64,000 nucleotides of DNA from Octopus sinensis (Eukaryota): assembly GCF_006345805.1 (NCBI RefSeq), contig NC_043000.1:156798001-156862000 (forward strand). The letters are read 5' to 3'. The stretch's first letter is position 1, and every line of letters begins with the position of its first letter. This document shows positions 12,761 to 26,081 of the stretch, piece by piece. A model generated the notes under the pieces. It was not told the DNA's origin, did no database searches, and worked only from the letters and a program-made list of their open reading frames with translations. A program made the translations under genes and the position numbers.

Positions 12761-12859
12761 AAACCAATGATCCACCTATGGAAACCTACAACTAACAAAG
12801 TTAGTGTTTACCAATTATAATATAAAATGATCAATTAAACAAGTATATACTAAGATAGG

Positions 12860-13150
12860 CTGAAAACTTCATAGGTTGAAAAGCTCATAGGCTGACCAAG
12901 ATATTCTCAGAGACTGTGACTAAACGAGGTTTATTTTACAACATAGTGCCCCTTGCGGTTTACGTGCTTCTTCCATTGGTGTTTTAGCGCTGGGATTTCA
13001 TTATGAAGAAGCTTTTTGCACTGGTGATAAAGCGGGGTCGTATTCCCCTAATGTAGCAACCGCATCAACATGAATGTTTTGGGGGCTCAACCCGTTTTCT
13101 GCAGGAACTTGATAACACTACGATATCGAATTTTGTCTATTTTCTTGAGA
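12860..13150 (-). mobile_element. Mariner 3'-end remnant
   Basis: Minus strand encodes ...ALKHQWKKHVNRKGHYVVK*, similar to the mariner C-terminus (RWKKC...GDYVEK*). A TIR-like TGAAAA(G/C)(C/T)TCATAGG lies next to it. Confidence 0.55.
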
Positions 13151-13239
13151 AGTTGCTACCAGTTATTTTTTAGGTATTCTTTGAATAGTAAGATGTCAGT
13201 TTACATAGTAAGAATCAACACAGTTAGTATTGGTTTTGG

Positions 13240-13418
13240 CACAAGGCCAGCAATTTCGGGGAAGGGGCTAAGTCGATTACTTCAACCTCAGTGCTCAACC
13301 GGTACTTATCTTATCGGCCCCGAAAGGATGAAAAACATTTGAACTCAGAATGTAAGGACGGACGAAATACCGCTAAGTATTTTGTCCGGCGTGCTAACGA
13401 TTCTACCAGCTGGCCGCA
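13240..13418 (-). mobile_element. SINE family B (terminal module plus head)
   Basis: CACAAGGCCAGCAATTT...CCCGAAAGGATGAAA...GGCGTGCTAACGATTCTACCAGCT. Confidence 0.8.
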
Positions 13419-13742
13419 TTTACAGTTATTAATAAGGGGAGTTTGAAATTAATGCACGCAGGAAATCAGTTTACATTTACATTTGAATGCGTATTCTAAA
13501 ATATGCCTGCGTTTGCATACGTCTAAAACCATGCACATATGCTCGCACATGCTCACATACGCGTCAGTTCACAAAGCTCCCTAACCGGACTGTGGGATGC
13601 ATGCTTTTCGGAGTGGTTACTTTCTCTTCAGGTACAGAGAGCCTAAGGGCAGACGTCACAAGAGACAGGTCCTTTCTTATGTCTCGAGAAGGCCTCGAAA
13701 TTATATATGTGTGTGTATGTATGTCTGTGTATGTGTATATAC

Positions 13743-13782
<40 letters not shown>

Positions 13783-14149
13783 GGTTGGCCAAAAAAGTCA
13801 CTCGACAGTAAATCAAAATTTCATAAATACTATCTGTAATTCGATATGAACCCGAATGGAAAAATGTGTCGCTCAAGAAGCACTTCAGTTTGATCTACTT
13901 TCATGATGTTTCATATGATGTTTCATGATGATTCATATAAATGCTTTTATTAAATCCATTCAGTTGTTAAACATAAATAAATCTTGGAGTTAAATGTCTT
14001 TGATTTACTGTCAGGTGACTTTGGGGCAAACACTAACTCTCCACGAATTTTATACTTTTAAAATGTTTGAATGCTGCTGTCTAACGAAGTTTTCCTATTT
14101 TGTCGTTAAAAGCACGAAATGGATCAGTAAGACTGACGACAAATGATGA

Positions 14150-14390
14150 GTGAGTTGTCTTCTTTTGGTATTTTGTCCTGCTCTTTCCTCTCGTGTATCT
14201 ACGTACGTATTTTTCACCCGTTGGTGATGTCCTGTACTTATTGTGAATGTTTTGGCATTTTGTCCTGTACTTGTCTCTCCTGTATTTACGCATTTTTCAC
14301 CCGTTGGTGATGTCCTGTACTTATTGTGAATGTTTTGGCATTTTGTTCTGTACTTGTCTCTCCTCGTTGGTGATGTCTTGTACTCAATAT
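14150..14390. repeat. 83-bp tandem repeat, about 2.5 copies
   Basis: TTTTCACCCGTTGGTGATGTCCTGTACTTATTGTGAATGTTTTGGCATTTTGT recurs with an 83-bp offset (CACCCG at 14215 and 14298). Confidence 0.85.
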
Positions 14391-14419
14391 GTAATTTTTA
14401 TTTATATATATAAATAAAA

Positions 14420-14748
14420 GCGCAGGAGTGGCTGTGTGGTAAGTAGCTTGTTTACCAACCATATGGTTTCAGGTTCAGTCCCACTGCGTGGCACCTTGGG
14501 CAAGTGTCTTCTACTATAGCCTCGGGCCGACCAAAGCCTTGTGAGTGGATTTGGTAGACGGAAACTGAAAGAAGCCCATCGTATATATGTATATATATGT
14601 ATGTGCGTGTTTGTGTGTCTGTGCTTGACAACAGATGCTGGTGTGTTTACGTCGCCGTAACTTAGCGGTTCGGCAAAAGGCGGTGCTCCAGCATGGCCGC
14701 AGTCAAATGACTGAAACAAGTAAAAGAGTAAAAGAGAGTAAAAGAGTA
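14420..14748 (+). mobile_element. SINE family A with internal deletion
   Basis: GCGCAGGAGTGGCTGTGTGG head, then GGCAAAAGGCGGTGCTCCAGCATGGCC tail with about 70 bp missing. Confidence 0.9.
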
Positions 14749-15108
14749 TATATGTATATGTATATAGACGTATATCTGTACAATAGATGAACGCATAAAT
14801 ACACAGACTCACAGCGTATATAATTATGCATATATTTATGTATGCGTATTTGCGTGTGTGTGTGTGTGTATGGTGTGTTTGTGTGTGTGTATACAATAAT
14901 GTACAATATATCCATATGCTTACGTACACGCACACACACATATGTACACAACTATGGAGAAGACGACCGGATCCTTCAAAGACTGGACAGGATAACAATA
15001 GCTGAAGAACTAGAAAAGCTGCAAGGCCAGAAAAAAAAAAGCATACTCACATATCAAAAAAAAAATTGCTACAGTTTTTACATATTTTATCTCTTCATAT
15101 GTAAGTAT

Positions 15109-15147
<39 letters not shown>

Positions 15148-15864
15148 TGTGTCTGTGTGTGTGTGTATGTTTGAACTTTAAGCTCCCCTAGAACTGCAGT
15201 ATTTTTGCTATCCTGTGTTGCTTATCCTGTCCAGTCTGCGAAAGTTCCACATTTCAAAGGTTTCTGTATTTTTCTCCGTAGCTGTAAACATGTATGTTTG
15301 GGTGTGTGAGTGTATGCACGTACATATATATATATAATATATATATATATTATATATATGTGTATGTGTGTGTGTGTATGTATGTGTATATTATGAATGC
15401 ATATGGATATATACATGCATACTTATGTGTATATATATATAATATATATATATATATATGAATATGCATACACATATATGTTAATATGTGTGCTTATGCA
15501 TATACTCATATGCGTATATATGTATGTGTGTATGCGCAAGGGTCTAATGTGTATCATACAAGATAAATGTTTGATGTATTGAAACTATCCTCGCTTCTAG
15601 AAAATATGCAGCATTAAATGAAAATGTATTTTAATTTCAGGACTTTTGAATTCTCCAAAATTGAAGGGGCCTCCAGGGAAAAGAATCTCAGAATGTCTGG
15701 AGAGAACAAGACAGCTGTGATCACCTTTCTTCATCAATAAGCATCATCAGCAATTCAACCTTCTTTATCTTATTTCCATTCTTTGTTTACAAATAAAAGC
15801 ATCTGGCCATTCTGAGATATGTCTCTTGGCTCTTTTCGCTCTGCTTCTGTTTAAATGAGTTTTC

Positions 15865-15888
15865 CCACGGACCCCAGGATATTCTTAT

Positions 15889-15930
<42 letters not shown>

Positions 15931-15992
15931 CTTTGAATTTAGTTCACGGACCCCCAGTACAACCTTTGCAGACCACTGGTTGAGAACCACTG
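15865..15992. mobile_element. hAT-MITE end
   Basis: Ends GGTTGAGAACCACTG, the same TIR type as 7395-7595, with CACGGACCCC subterminal motifs. The other end was not found. Confidence 0.6.
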
Positions 15993-16257
15993 ACCCAGGC
16001 CGTAAACGTGTTCTGCTCTTCTTTTGATATACCTGTCTCATTCTGTAGGAGACGAGGTAAAACAACTGCTGAACTGATGACTATCGGGTCAGAAACACGT
16101 GTCCACAAGCAGCTGCAGAATATTTTGGCGATTTTTAGCCTCATGAAATAGCTCAGTAAAAATACAGCATAGTCTATAACTATTAATTGCTTACAGCAAA
16201 ATATTTTAAAACTTATAAACGATTCGAAAACTGACCATTGGACTACTTGAATCTCAA

Positions 16258-16641
16258 TCTCTCTATATATAAACGGCAGTTTGTCTGTCTGCGTGTCTGT
16301 GTGTCTGTTAGGTTGTACCCTCACTCTGACCACGGCTTTCAACCGATTCTGATGAAACTTGACACACACATAGCCCAATGTCATAATTCAAAACTAACGC
16401 AGCGAAAATTTTGAAAAGTTCCCCCAGTTCTGAAAAAAATCGATAAATTCGACATGGGGTCGAGAATCAGAAACACAAACCACAAACTGTCTAGGGGACG
16501 CAACTCGACCTTTTTAACTCTCAAAAAAATTTACCATCATTTTTTTTCCATTTTTTTTGCTATTTTTTGGCTATAACTCTCTAAAAATGCTTTATAGTTA
16601 ATTCCCTTACAAACCCGAGCAACGCCGGGCGATACTGTTAG
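16258..16641 (+). mobile_element. Non-autonomous Helitron
   Basis: 5' TC...TATATATAAA. 3' hairpin CCCGAGCAACGCCGGG followed by CGATACTGTTAG (CTAG mutated). Inserted between A and T. Confidence 0.8.
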
Positions 16642-17899
16642 TTGGTATTATTGCTCGAAGACAATAAGTAATGCTCGGACTTTGTAACTTATTTATAACG
16701 CGCCTCATTTACATTACAGAAAGGGCGTCTTATACTTAATGCACTTGTATACATTATTGATTAATTGATTTTGTTTTAGTCGACATAATTCCCTTGATAA
16801 TAACTGATCTCACTTCTGGATCCTGTTCGAGAACGTTTACTGTGATTGTTTCTGTTGTTGTCGAGTTTCTTATCTGTGTTTGTTGAATCGTTCGCTAGTT
16901 GCATCATATCTTTTATAAATGTTATGAATGGCTTCTTGTTTGTTGACTATTAAATATTCCAGATTGTTACGCATGAAACTAATATGATACTGCGCATAAC
17001 CTATGACACTCTGGAGACAATACTCTCCTGATTAAGTATGTCGGGCTTGATAACCAACTCTTGTACTCTAATATATGATATGACAAATTGTTAAGCCAAA
17101 TTACTACTTTTGTAAAATCGACTACATGTAACCCTATATAAAATCACTCAGTTGCTGCGATATTTTTTGACATATTTCTCTTTGTGTAGCATCCGGCTTT
17201 TGTAACCGATCGGCAACAATTTGAAGTAATAATTGTTAAACATATATCTCACTGACCAATAAACTTCATCCTAATAAAGATAACAATCTCTGCTGGTTTT
17301 CATGCTGAGACGAAACGGACGAGTGGACAAGGTATGTGACACCAGCGCATGTTTTATGTATTCATATTTCTCCTCTGACGTTTCAAATTGTCACTGGAAA
17401 ATTGAATAAATTACTAAGTACTTGACCTTTATCATTAATGTGAAATAGATAGATTCTAGAATTATCAAACTGCTTCTTGGTAAAACCTTAGCCACCATCA
17501 TTTATTTATCTTTCATCTTCTTAATGCTACAGAAAACAGATTAAGGTATTATTAGGTCAATAAGAAAACCAAATGACTGAGTCGTATGAAAGTTGTATAT
17601 ATTGCCTTGCGGTATTCCTTGCAGTTCTCTGCGATCTGAGTTCAATACCCCGATGTCAACTTTTCATCTTGATTTTACTTTTTCTCTGGACTTGATTTTT
17701 CTTTTTCTGTCCTTTTACTCTGTCTGTCGGTTGTCCGTCTCTCTCTCTCTCTCTCTCGCTCACTGGAAGAAATCGGCTGCAATCAGACCCAAAAAGGGAT
17801 GGACGTTGATCGGCCTTGCGGACCAACAGTGACAAACGAAATATATACCTCCGATAATTGTTGTTCACAAGCAACGGTAGTAATTTTATTCAGCTGAAT

Positions 17900-18092
17900 G
17901 CACGTCATTGATTGGTTGAAATTACCGAATTACGAGAACTTTAACACGAAATAACTTCGTAAACAAACTTTTCTGAAAAACGTTAAGAGTAAAAGATGTT
18001 TTATATGACACATTCTACCAGTATACGAAGTTTGAAAGTGTTTAGTTACAAAAAGTTATTTTCTAAATCTGCCGGTCAAAAGGTAAAGATCC
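17900..18092 (+). repeat. Interspersed repeat; uninterrupted paralog of the sequence split by the SINE at 52-466
   Basis: TGACACATTCTACCAGTATACGA(A/G)GTTT.AAAGTGTTTAGTTACAAAAA...GCCGGTCAAA...AAAGATCC matches 13-51 joined to 473-520. Confidence 0.8.
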
Positions 18093-19708
18093 ATTTCTTC
18101 AAAGTAATATAACTTCTTTTTAATAACATGGGGGTGGGGTTAACACTGGACACAGTCCCGCACATAGGAATTATTGTTTTTGCACTCGTTTTGTTGGGGT
18201 TTTTTTTCCGCTTCATTGCATTTTTTTACGAACGCAAAGAAAAGGTATTCGTTTACACATGGAATTCAAACGGAAGTTGACATTTAAAACAGAAGTGAAT
18301 CTTGTAATATTAAGCATTATAATTTATGTTTAATATACAAATAAACTTTGAAGTTTAATCATTTTTTAATAATCATTTATAATTTCTTCAAAGTAATATG
18401 AATTTTTTTAATAACGTGGGAAAAAAATAAACTGGAAAGCCATGCACTTCTTCAATCATTATAATATAGCGAGATAGATAAAAACTGCTGTCATATTTTC
18501 CTTTATCATAAATTTGAGATTCCGGTTTTAAACTAGCTAAATTGATAATATCAACAATACAATATTCTTTTATAATAAAAACAGGAGGCCCATACAAAAG
18601 AGAATAGATTGCTATTATGCTTTTATTCTGGCGCCGTGTAAGTGATTTCAAATTTGTTGTAACCCTTCAAAGATATTTGTACTTTATGTAGAGTTGACTG
18701 TATATTGCATATCATACTAATCAGCTGCCATGATGATGCTGAATCAACAACTTATGGACAAATCCCACGGGATTTTAACAGACATTTTCCATAAAAAGTC
18801 GACAATATTATCATTATACAATAGTTATCTTGTGTGTAGGCGCGAACAAATGGAAGGAAAAATTTAAAACAAACCCTGTTCCACTATTTATAGTAAACAC
18901 ATACACACATATACAGGGATACTAAGCCCGTGAGGAATCTACGACACATCCTCTCGTTGTGCGATTTACAAATAGTAATTTTTGTAATACAGTTCACACT
19001 TCTGAATCTCGTGATTAGGTTGTGGGACTTACAATCAAAAGGTAGTAAGTTCGATTCTTCAACTGGGTGGCCTGTTGTGTCATTGAAAAATGTAGACTGT
19101 TGCACGTTGTACCTACCTGAAAATGGTTAGCAGCTGACTGCTAGTGAGAACTTCTTTCTTTTTTCCTTTGTTTGTTTGTTTCCTTCCTTCCTTCCTTCCT
19201 TCCTTCCTTCCTTTCTTCCTTCCTTTCTTTCTTTCTTTCTTTCTTTCCCTCCTCCTGTCTCTCCTCCTGTTGCTATATCCTTGATGCTTCGCTGAGTTAA
19301 GAGTGAGAGGACCGAGCGGGTGTCTATGTCTGTTCGCACCTACATATGCACCTAAAGCAAGCTACCTGTTAATATTCGCTCGCGAGTGAGACTAAACACA
19401 ATTTCGCAGAGTTTTCTCTGACGAGTAGTAATTCAACCTGGTCTTCTCGTTTCTCTGTTTGTTTTCGTTTTCTATGTTTTTGCTTTTATGTTATCATTTC
19501 TCATTGTGTTCAACGTTTTTTTTCATGTCTTGTACCCATATATGCATGTATATATCCATATATATGTAGGTATGTATATATATATATATGTATGTATATG
19601 TGCATATATTTATATATTATTTACATTATATATATACACATACATACATACATACAGACATACATACATACATACATACATACATACATACATACATACA
19701 TACATACA

Positions 19709-19740
<32 letters not shown>

Positions 19741-19874
19741 CATATATATGTATATGTGTGTCTGTGTAAGGCGAGCTGGCAGAAACGTTAGCGCGCCGGG
19801 CGAAATGCTTATATATATATATATAGAGAGAGAGAGGGGGGGAAAGAGAGGAAGAGAGAGGAAGAGAGAGGAAG

Positions 19875-19954
<80 letters not shown>

Positions 19955-21169
19955 GGATAGATAGATATACATACGTTGATATAATATACCGGTTTTATGA
20001 AACGAATGTGTATCACTCTAATCTCTCCCACTCTGTCTCTATGTGTGCGGGGTGGGTGGGTTGTATGTTCTTCACCCTCTCCTAACCGCTTGTAATGAAA
20101 CCGCTGGTTGGTTTCATTGCATTCCCATAACGTAAGCAGTTCGGCAAAATTGACCGATGGAATAAGTACCGAACATAAGAAGAAAACGTAAGCACTAAGG
20201 TCGATTAGTTCAAGAAAAAGCCTTCAAGGCCGTTCTTCAGCATGACCGCAGTCCAACGGCTAAAGCAAAATCAAGTAGAAGCTAAATCATACAAGTATTA
20301 AAAATGTTCTTTAAATCTATGGGGAATATGAAGAAAGCTCTATCAATAAACGCGAAAATTCCATAAGATTTATAAGGTTAATATTAAGACTAACTTCTAA
20401 ACATTTTACGATATTTATGTTCGTAGCGTTTGTTAATTTTAAGGCAAAATTACAGCAGGTGCTGACATAGGCTTTTCTAAATATGTTCAATGTATGTCTT
20501 TTGCTATAAATTGACTATAACACAAACATAAATATAATCCCATATCAATTTTGGTAATTTTTTTATTCACCTAAGATATAAGAGACAACAGAACTGCATA
20601 TGTCTGTGCTCTCCTGTACTGATGTTAACTGAGTCCATCTTCATTGAAAAGTAGGGTTTACTTCAGTCGATAGTTCCGAGTTCAGACATACTTCGTTGCA
20701 CCTTGGGTAAGTGTCTTCTACTATAGCGTCGGGCTGACCGAAGAATTTGGAGTGGATGTCATAAAAGTAAACTGAGAGTAGTCCGACGTATATATATACA
20801 TATACATATGCTTATATAAGTACAGGACATCACCAACTGTAAACAACATGAAGTACGAAAACAAGCGATTTCAATACGCAAACAACGAGGGAAGAAAACA
20901 ATTGAAAACAGGACAAATAACACAAAGAACGATTCTTCATCAGTAGTCGGCTTTCTATCTACTCCTCATTTCGTGCATTCAGCGACAATATGAGTCTTTG
21001 CCCCCATAACTTCCAAAATAAATTTTGGATTTTATGGAGGGTCAAAGTTGGGAACAAAAACAGGACAGCGGAGACATACAAGGAAACCGAACGAAAACGA
21101 ACACGGAGGGTTGTTAGACCAGAACGAGGGGTAAAATAGTGAACGCTGGAAGAAATATTTTCTTTGCAT

Positions 21170-21206
<37 letters not shown>

Positions 21207-21456
21207 TGTATGTATGTATGTATGTATGTATGTATGTATGTATGTATGAATTAGAAATGGATACCAAAATAATAAATTGAATACTTTATCATTAAATGAT
21301 ATATTCAATTCAATTTTATTATTTTATACAAACAAATGACACTTCTAGTAAATTACAGCTGTTTCAACACCGTTAATGGAATCACATTTTTCAAGAATAA
21401 TAAATACCATTTTAAACATAACACCTAAATTTATGTATATATATGTATGTGTGTGC

Positions 21457-21513
<57 letters not shown>

Positions 21514-21567
21514 GTGTGTGTGTGTGTGTGGTGCGTGTGTGTGTGTGCGTGTGTGTGTGTGTGTATG

Positions 21568-21603
<36 letters not shown>

Positions 21604-21639
21604 CACACATATGCATATATACACATATATATGTATTAT

Positions 21640-21685
<46 letters not shown>

Positions 21686-21867
21686 TGTGTTTGTGTTTGT
21701 ATTTGTTTCCACCTTTGAAACTGTTTCTTGTACACGGTTGACCAAAAGTTTAATTTATTATTTTCCTATTTTTCTAGCACGTAGAAAGGCTTATAGCCAA
21801 TCCCTTGTTATAATTATATATATATAATTATATATATATATTAATATATATATATATAGATATATAT

Positions 21868-21900
<33 letters not shown>

Positions 21901-21932
21901 TTATGATTATATATATAATTATTTATATATAT

Positions 21933-22002
<70 letters not shown>

Positions 22003-22298
22003 CACGAGATCTGTCCGATCTTGTGACTGACAAAATTAAGAATAAGGTTCGCAAAGTGCACTAAAAGATATATTTAACTGAGTGAAGTTGATATCTTTCA
22101 AAATATAAGTTCATTGCTTCGTAAATCAGCAATTTGAGCCATTTTTCAGACAACTCCGGTATCGAAAATGTCTAAGCAGAGGGCAAAATTTATGAAAAAA
22201 TATTGCATCATCCACGTATCGTTATACATAATGTGAATTAACTAATTTTCTTACTTGTGTAAAGATCTAATAGATAACTAGTATTTTGTCTTTATACC

Positions 22299-22894
22299 TA
22301 TTTCTTTATTACCCACAAGGGGCTAAACACAGAGGGGACAAACAAGTACAGACATAGGTATTAAGTCGATTACATCGACCCCAGTGCGTAACTGGTACTT
22401 AATTTATCGACCCCGAAAGGATGAAAGGTAAAGTCGACCTCGGCGGAATTTGAACTCACAACGTAACGCAGACGAAATACCTATTTCTTTATTACCCACA
22501 AGGGACTAAACACAGAGGGGACAAACAAGGACAGACATAGGTATTAAGTCGATTACATAGATCCCAGTGCGTAACTGGTACTTAATTTATCGACCCCGAA
22601 AGGATGAAAGGCAAAATCGACCTCGGCGGAATTCGAACTCACAACGTAACGCAGACGAAATACCTATTTCTTTACTACCCACAAGGAGCTAAACACAGAG
22701 AGGACAAACAAGGACAGACAAACGGATTAAGTCGATTACATAGATCCCAGTGCGTAACTGGTACTTAATTTATCGACCCCGAAAGGATGAAAGGCAAAAT
22801 CGACCTCGGCGGAATTCGAACTCACAACGTAACGCAGACGAAATACCGCTAAGCCTTTCGCCCGGCGTGCTAACGTTTCTGCCAGCTCGCCGCC
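22299..22894 (-). mobile_element. SINE family B, three exact 183-bp tandem units plus head
   Basis: Unit boundaries at 22299, 22482 and 22665. TSD TTTGT(C/A)TTTATACC at 22285-22298 and 22895-22908. Confidence 0.92.
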
Positions 22895-23192
22895 TTTGTA
22901 TTTATACCAAAACAAATTTAGAAAAAAGCGAAATTACATATTTGTATTCAAGATTCTGACCAGGACCGTCTCTTAGCAAAAAAGATCTCGAAATAGTAAA
23001 ACAAAATTCGACAATGTCGAATTCGATAAACTTTTAGTAGTTTTAGTAATTAATGTTATTTATTGAACAATCATCGAGCGTTTCTTATTCTTTTGATACA
23101 TCATATGCTTCTTGTCAGGTCTAGCATTAAAAAGAAAAGGAAGGAAGAAGAAGAAAAAATATGTTGGAATGGGAGGGGCCCTCTTAAAAATG

Positions 23193-23469
23193 TGTCTATC
23201 CATGTCTATGTGGTTGATAACGATCTGGATGTCGGTGCTTGAATTGAGGTCAATCTCAGCTCAAATACTATTTGCTCTGAAAACTCAGGCGCATGTGCAC
23301 ACACACACACACGTATACATATATAATTGTGTGTGTCTATGTGTGTATGTACGTACGTATGTATGTATATAGCTATGTATATACATAAATTCAAATATGT
23401 GTGTGTGTATATATATGCATACATGCCTACATGTATGCACATGCATAAACAGACACACACACACACATG

Positions 23470-23527
<58 letters not shown>

Positions 23528-23647
23528 TATTATGTATGTATGTATACACACACATATATTCCAGAACAAGTAGTATTTAAGCTAAGGCTGACCTCAATTC
23601 AACGCCGACATCTAGATCGTTATCAACCACATAGACTTATTTAGACA
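23193..23647. repeat. ~87-bp inverted repeats enclosing a microsatellite core
   Basis: 23193-23279 versus the reverse complement of 23562-23647, about 80% identical by eye. Confidence 0.8.
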
Positions 23648-24299
23648 ATTTTCTTTTTTTTTTAAATAAAAGTCCCGCCCAAATCTAGATATTTTTCTTG
23701 TCTTTTGTTTAAATAGAAGATCTAACAAGAAACGTGCAATATATCAAAGAAATCGGAAACAAGTTGTTTAGGACAATAATTATGAAACGGGGTAAACTTG
23801 GTTCTCGGTATGTGGAGTAATTTCGAATTTAAGAAGCGACTCCAAGTTATCAGTTTCATTCGAGTTCATCTCAGATTTCGCATATGACACCTGCCTACTC
23901 GAATAATTTCACATTTTCCCGCTTTATTTCTGGCCTCAAATGGCTTATTTTTTTATAGCTAGCACTATGTCTTTCCCCATTTCTAAGTTAAGGGTAAAAC
24001 TAAAGCAACCCTGCAAAACGCAACTGATCTTTACACACAGACGCACAGAATAACAGCAATCAAATAACGACAGCGGAGTGCATAACAAAACATCAGCGAT
24101 CTGACTGTCGCCTGTACTCTTGACAAAAGATACCAATTAGTTATTTTACACCTACTAGGCTCGTTCGTATTAGCCCGATTTACTGGATAATTTTTCTTTC
24201 CGTTAAAAATATTGTAGAACGGAAACTTTTCATGGATTGGAATTTAAATCCTAATCTCTATAGAAATTCATTGTTTCAAAAAACATTGAATTTGAATCA

Positions 24300-25514
24300 T
24301 TAGGTTGTTCCAAAAATTATGGCCAATTTCAGAAACAATTTTATTCTGGAAAAATTGACAATAGAAATGTTTTGATTAGTCAAGGTATGAGCCGTGGACA
24401 CATATGCATCTCTGGTATCGATCAACGAGATTATTTATGCCTCGTTGATAAGAACTTATTGGCTTTGATGCTAAGAAATCTTTGAAAGCTGATTCCATCT
24501 CTGGTTTGGACCTGGAAGTTTTATCACTTAAAAACATTTTTAAAATGCTTAAAAACTGGTAGTCAGTGGGTGAAAGATCAGAAGAATATGGAGGATGTGG
24601 TAAAGTATCGTATCCCAAGTCTATGAGTTTTTACAACGTCATTCTTGCAACATGTGGCTTTGCATTATTGTTGAGCAGAATTGGGCCTCGCCGATTCACC
24701 AATGCAGTCTCATTTTTTGCAAGTAAGCACGCATTTCAGCGATTTGATTGCAGTAAACCTCTGCTGTAATACTTTGGCTTCCAAAAGGTTGTTATGGACA
24801 ACACCAATTGCAGTCCACCAGACAGTCACCATAATCTTTTGCTGATGCAACATTGGCTGACCGTTTACAGTTATCATAAAGGATCTACTTTTCGTCACAA
24901 GTGACTATTCGGTCTAGAAAAGGATCATTAGTGTTTCGCAGAAAGAGCATGAAGCATACTTCAAAACACCGAACTTCATGCGGTACCCATTTATCGAGCT
25001 TTTTCACTTAACCAATCTTCTGCAGATTGCGTGAGAACACTGCAATACCGGCACCAAGTGCCTGAGACATTTCTCTGACACTTTGAAGTGGGTTTTGTTC
25101 AACAATTGCTTTCAATTGTTCATTGTCAAGACAGTATGACCATCCTCTACCTTCTTCATCTTCAAGGCTCTCATCACCACTACGGAATTTCTGAAACCAC
25201 CTTCGTGCTGTGCAATCATTTTTAGACCCCTCTCCCCATACTCTGTTGATATTGGCAGCAGTTTGCGAGACATTGTGCCCAAGTTTGAACTCATGCGAGA
25301 AAAGTAAGTGAAAGTCCTTTTTTGTCATGTTCATAATTAAGCGCACCTGTGCTTCAAGAATGTTTTCTGTCTGAAATAAGTAGAAAATTATTAAAGAGCA
25401 TACATCAGTTATTAAGTATGTCGAAAGTCACTTAAAATATAATTAAAATACTATGGTAAAATTGTGTTCCAAAGCCCAACACTTAGAGTGGCCATTATTT
25501 TCGGAACAACCTAA
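24300..25514 (-). mobile_element. Mariner (DD34D) transposon, decayed, with TIRs
   Basis: TIRs TTAGGTTGTTCCAAAAA and TTTTCGGAACAACCTAA, with TA on the right. Fragments WFQKFRSGDESLEDEEGRG and PHPPYSSDLSPTDYQF, with frameshifts. Confidence 0.93.
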
Positions 25515-25723
25515 TATCTTTAATTTTTACGATTATAGACAACAACTCGGGATGTAACTTCTGAGCCAGAGTCAGGCACGTGTGAACGATATCAAGAGAA
25601 TATCTGCTACAAATGATATTTTTTGGCTCAGGGCACCTCTAAGACGAGTGCGAGATGCTGAACGAAAATAAATGAACTGCGACCAGCTTCAATAAAAGGA
25701 GCCAAGGTTATTGGCTGCAAATA

Positions 25724-25758
<35 letters not shown>

Positions 25759-25764
25759 TTATAC

Positions 25765-25795
<31 letters not shown>

Positions 25796-25854
25796 TGTAT
25801 GTATGTATGTATGTATGTATGTATGTATGTGTGTATGTATGTATTTGTGTGTCT

Positions 25855-26040
25855 GTACTTGTCACCCCACCATCGCTTGACAACCGATGCTAGTGTGTTC
25901 ACGTCACCGTAACTTAGCGTTTCGGCAGAAGAGACCGATCGAATAAGTACTAGGCTTGCAAAGAGTAAGTCCTGGAGTCGATTTGTTCGACTAAAAGCGT
26001 TACTCCACCATCGCCGCTGTCAAATGACTGAAACAAGTAA

Positions 26041-26042
<2 letters not shown>
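25855..26042 (+). mobile_element. SINE family A, 3' half
   Basis: CATCGCTTGACAACCGATGC...GTCAAATGACTGAAACAAGTAAAA. Confidence 0.85.

Positions 26043-26077
<35 letters not shown>

Positions 26078-26081
<4 letters not shown>

Noticed and set aside
13632-13700. Exon encoding a furin-like site (RHKR) after TTTCTCTTCAG
   Set aside because: No good donor site. The acceptor-like text is better explained as the antisense of a CTGAAGA hammerhead box.
15641-15730. Exon after TTTTAATTTCAG
   Set aside because: No donor site, early stops and no recognisable protein.
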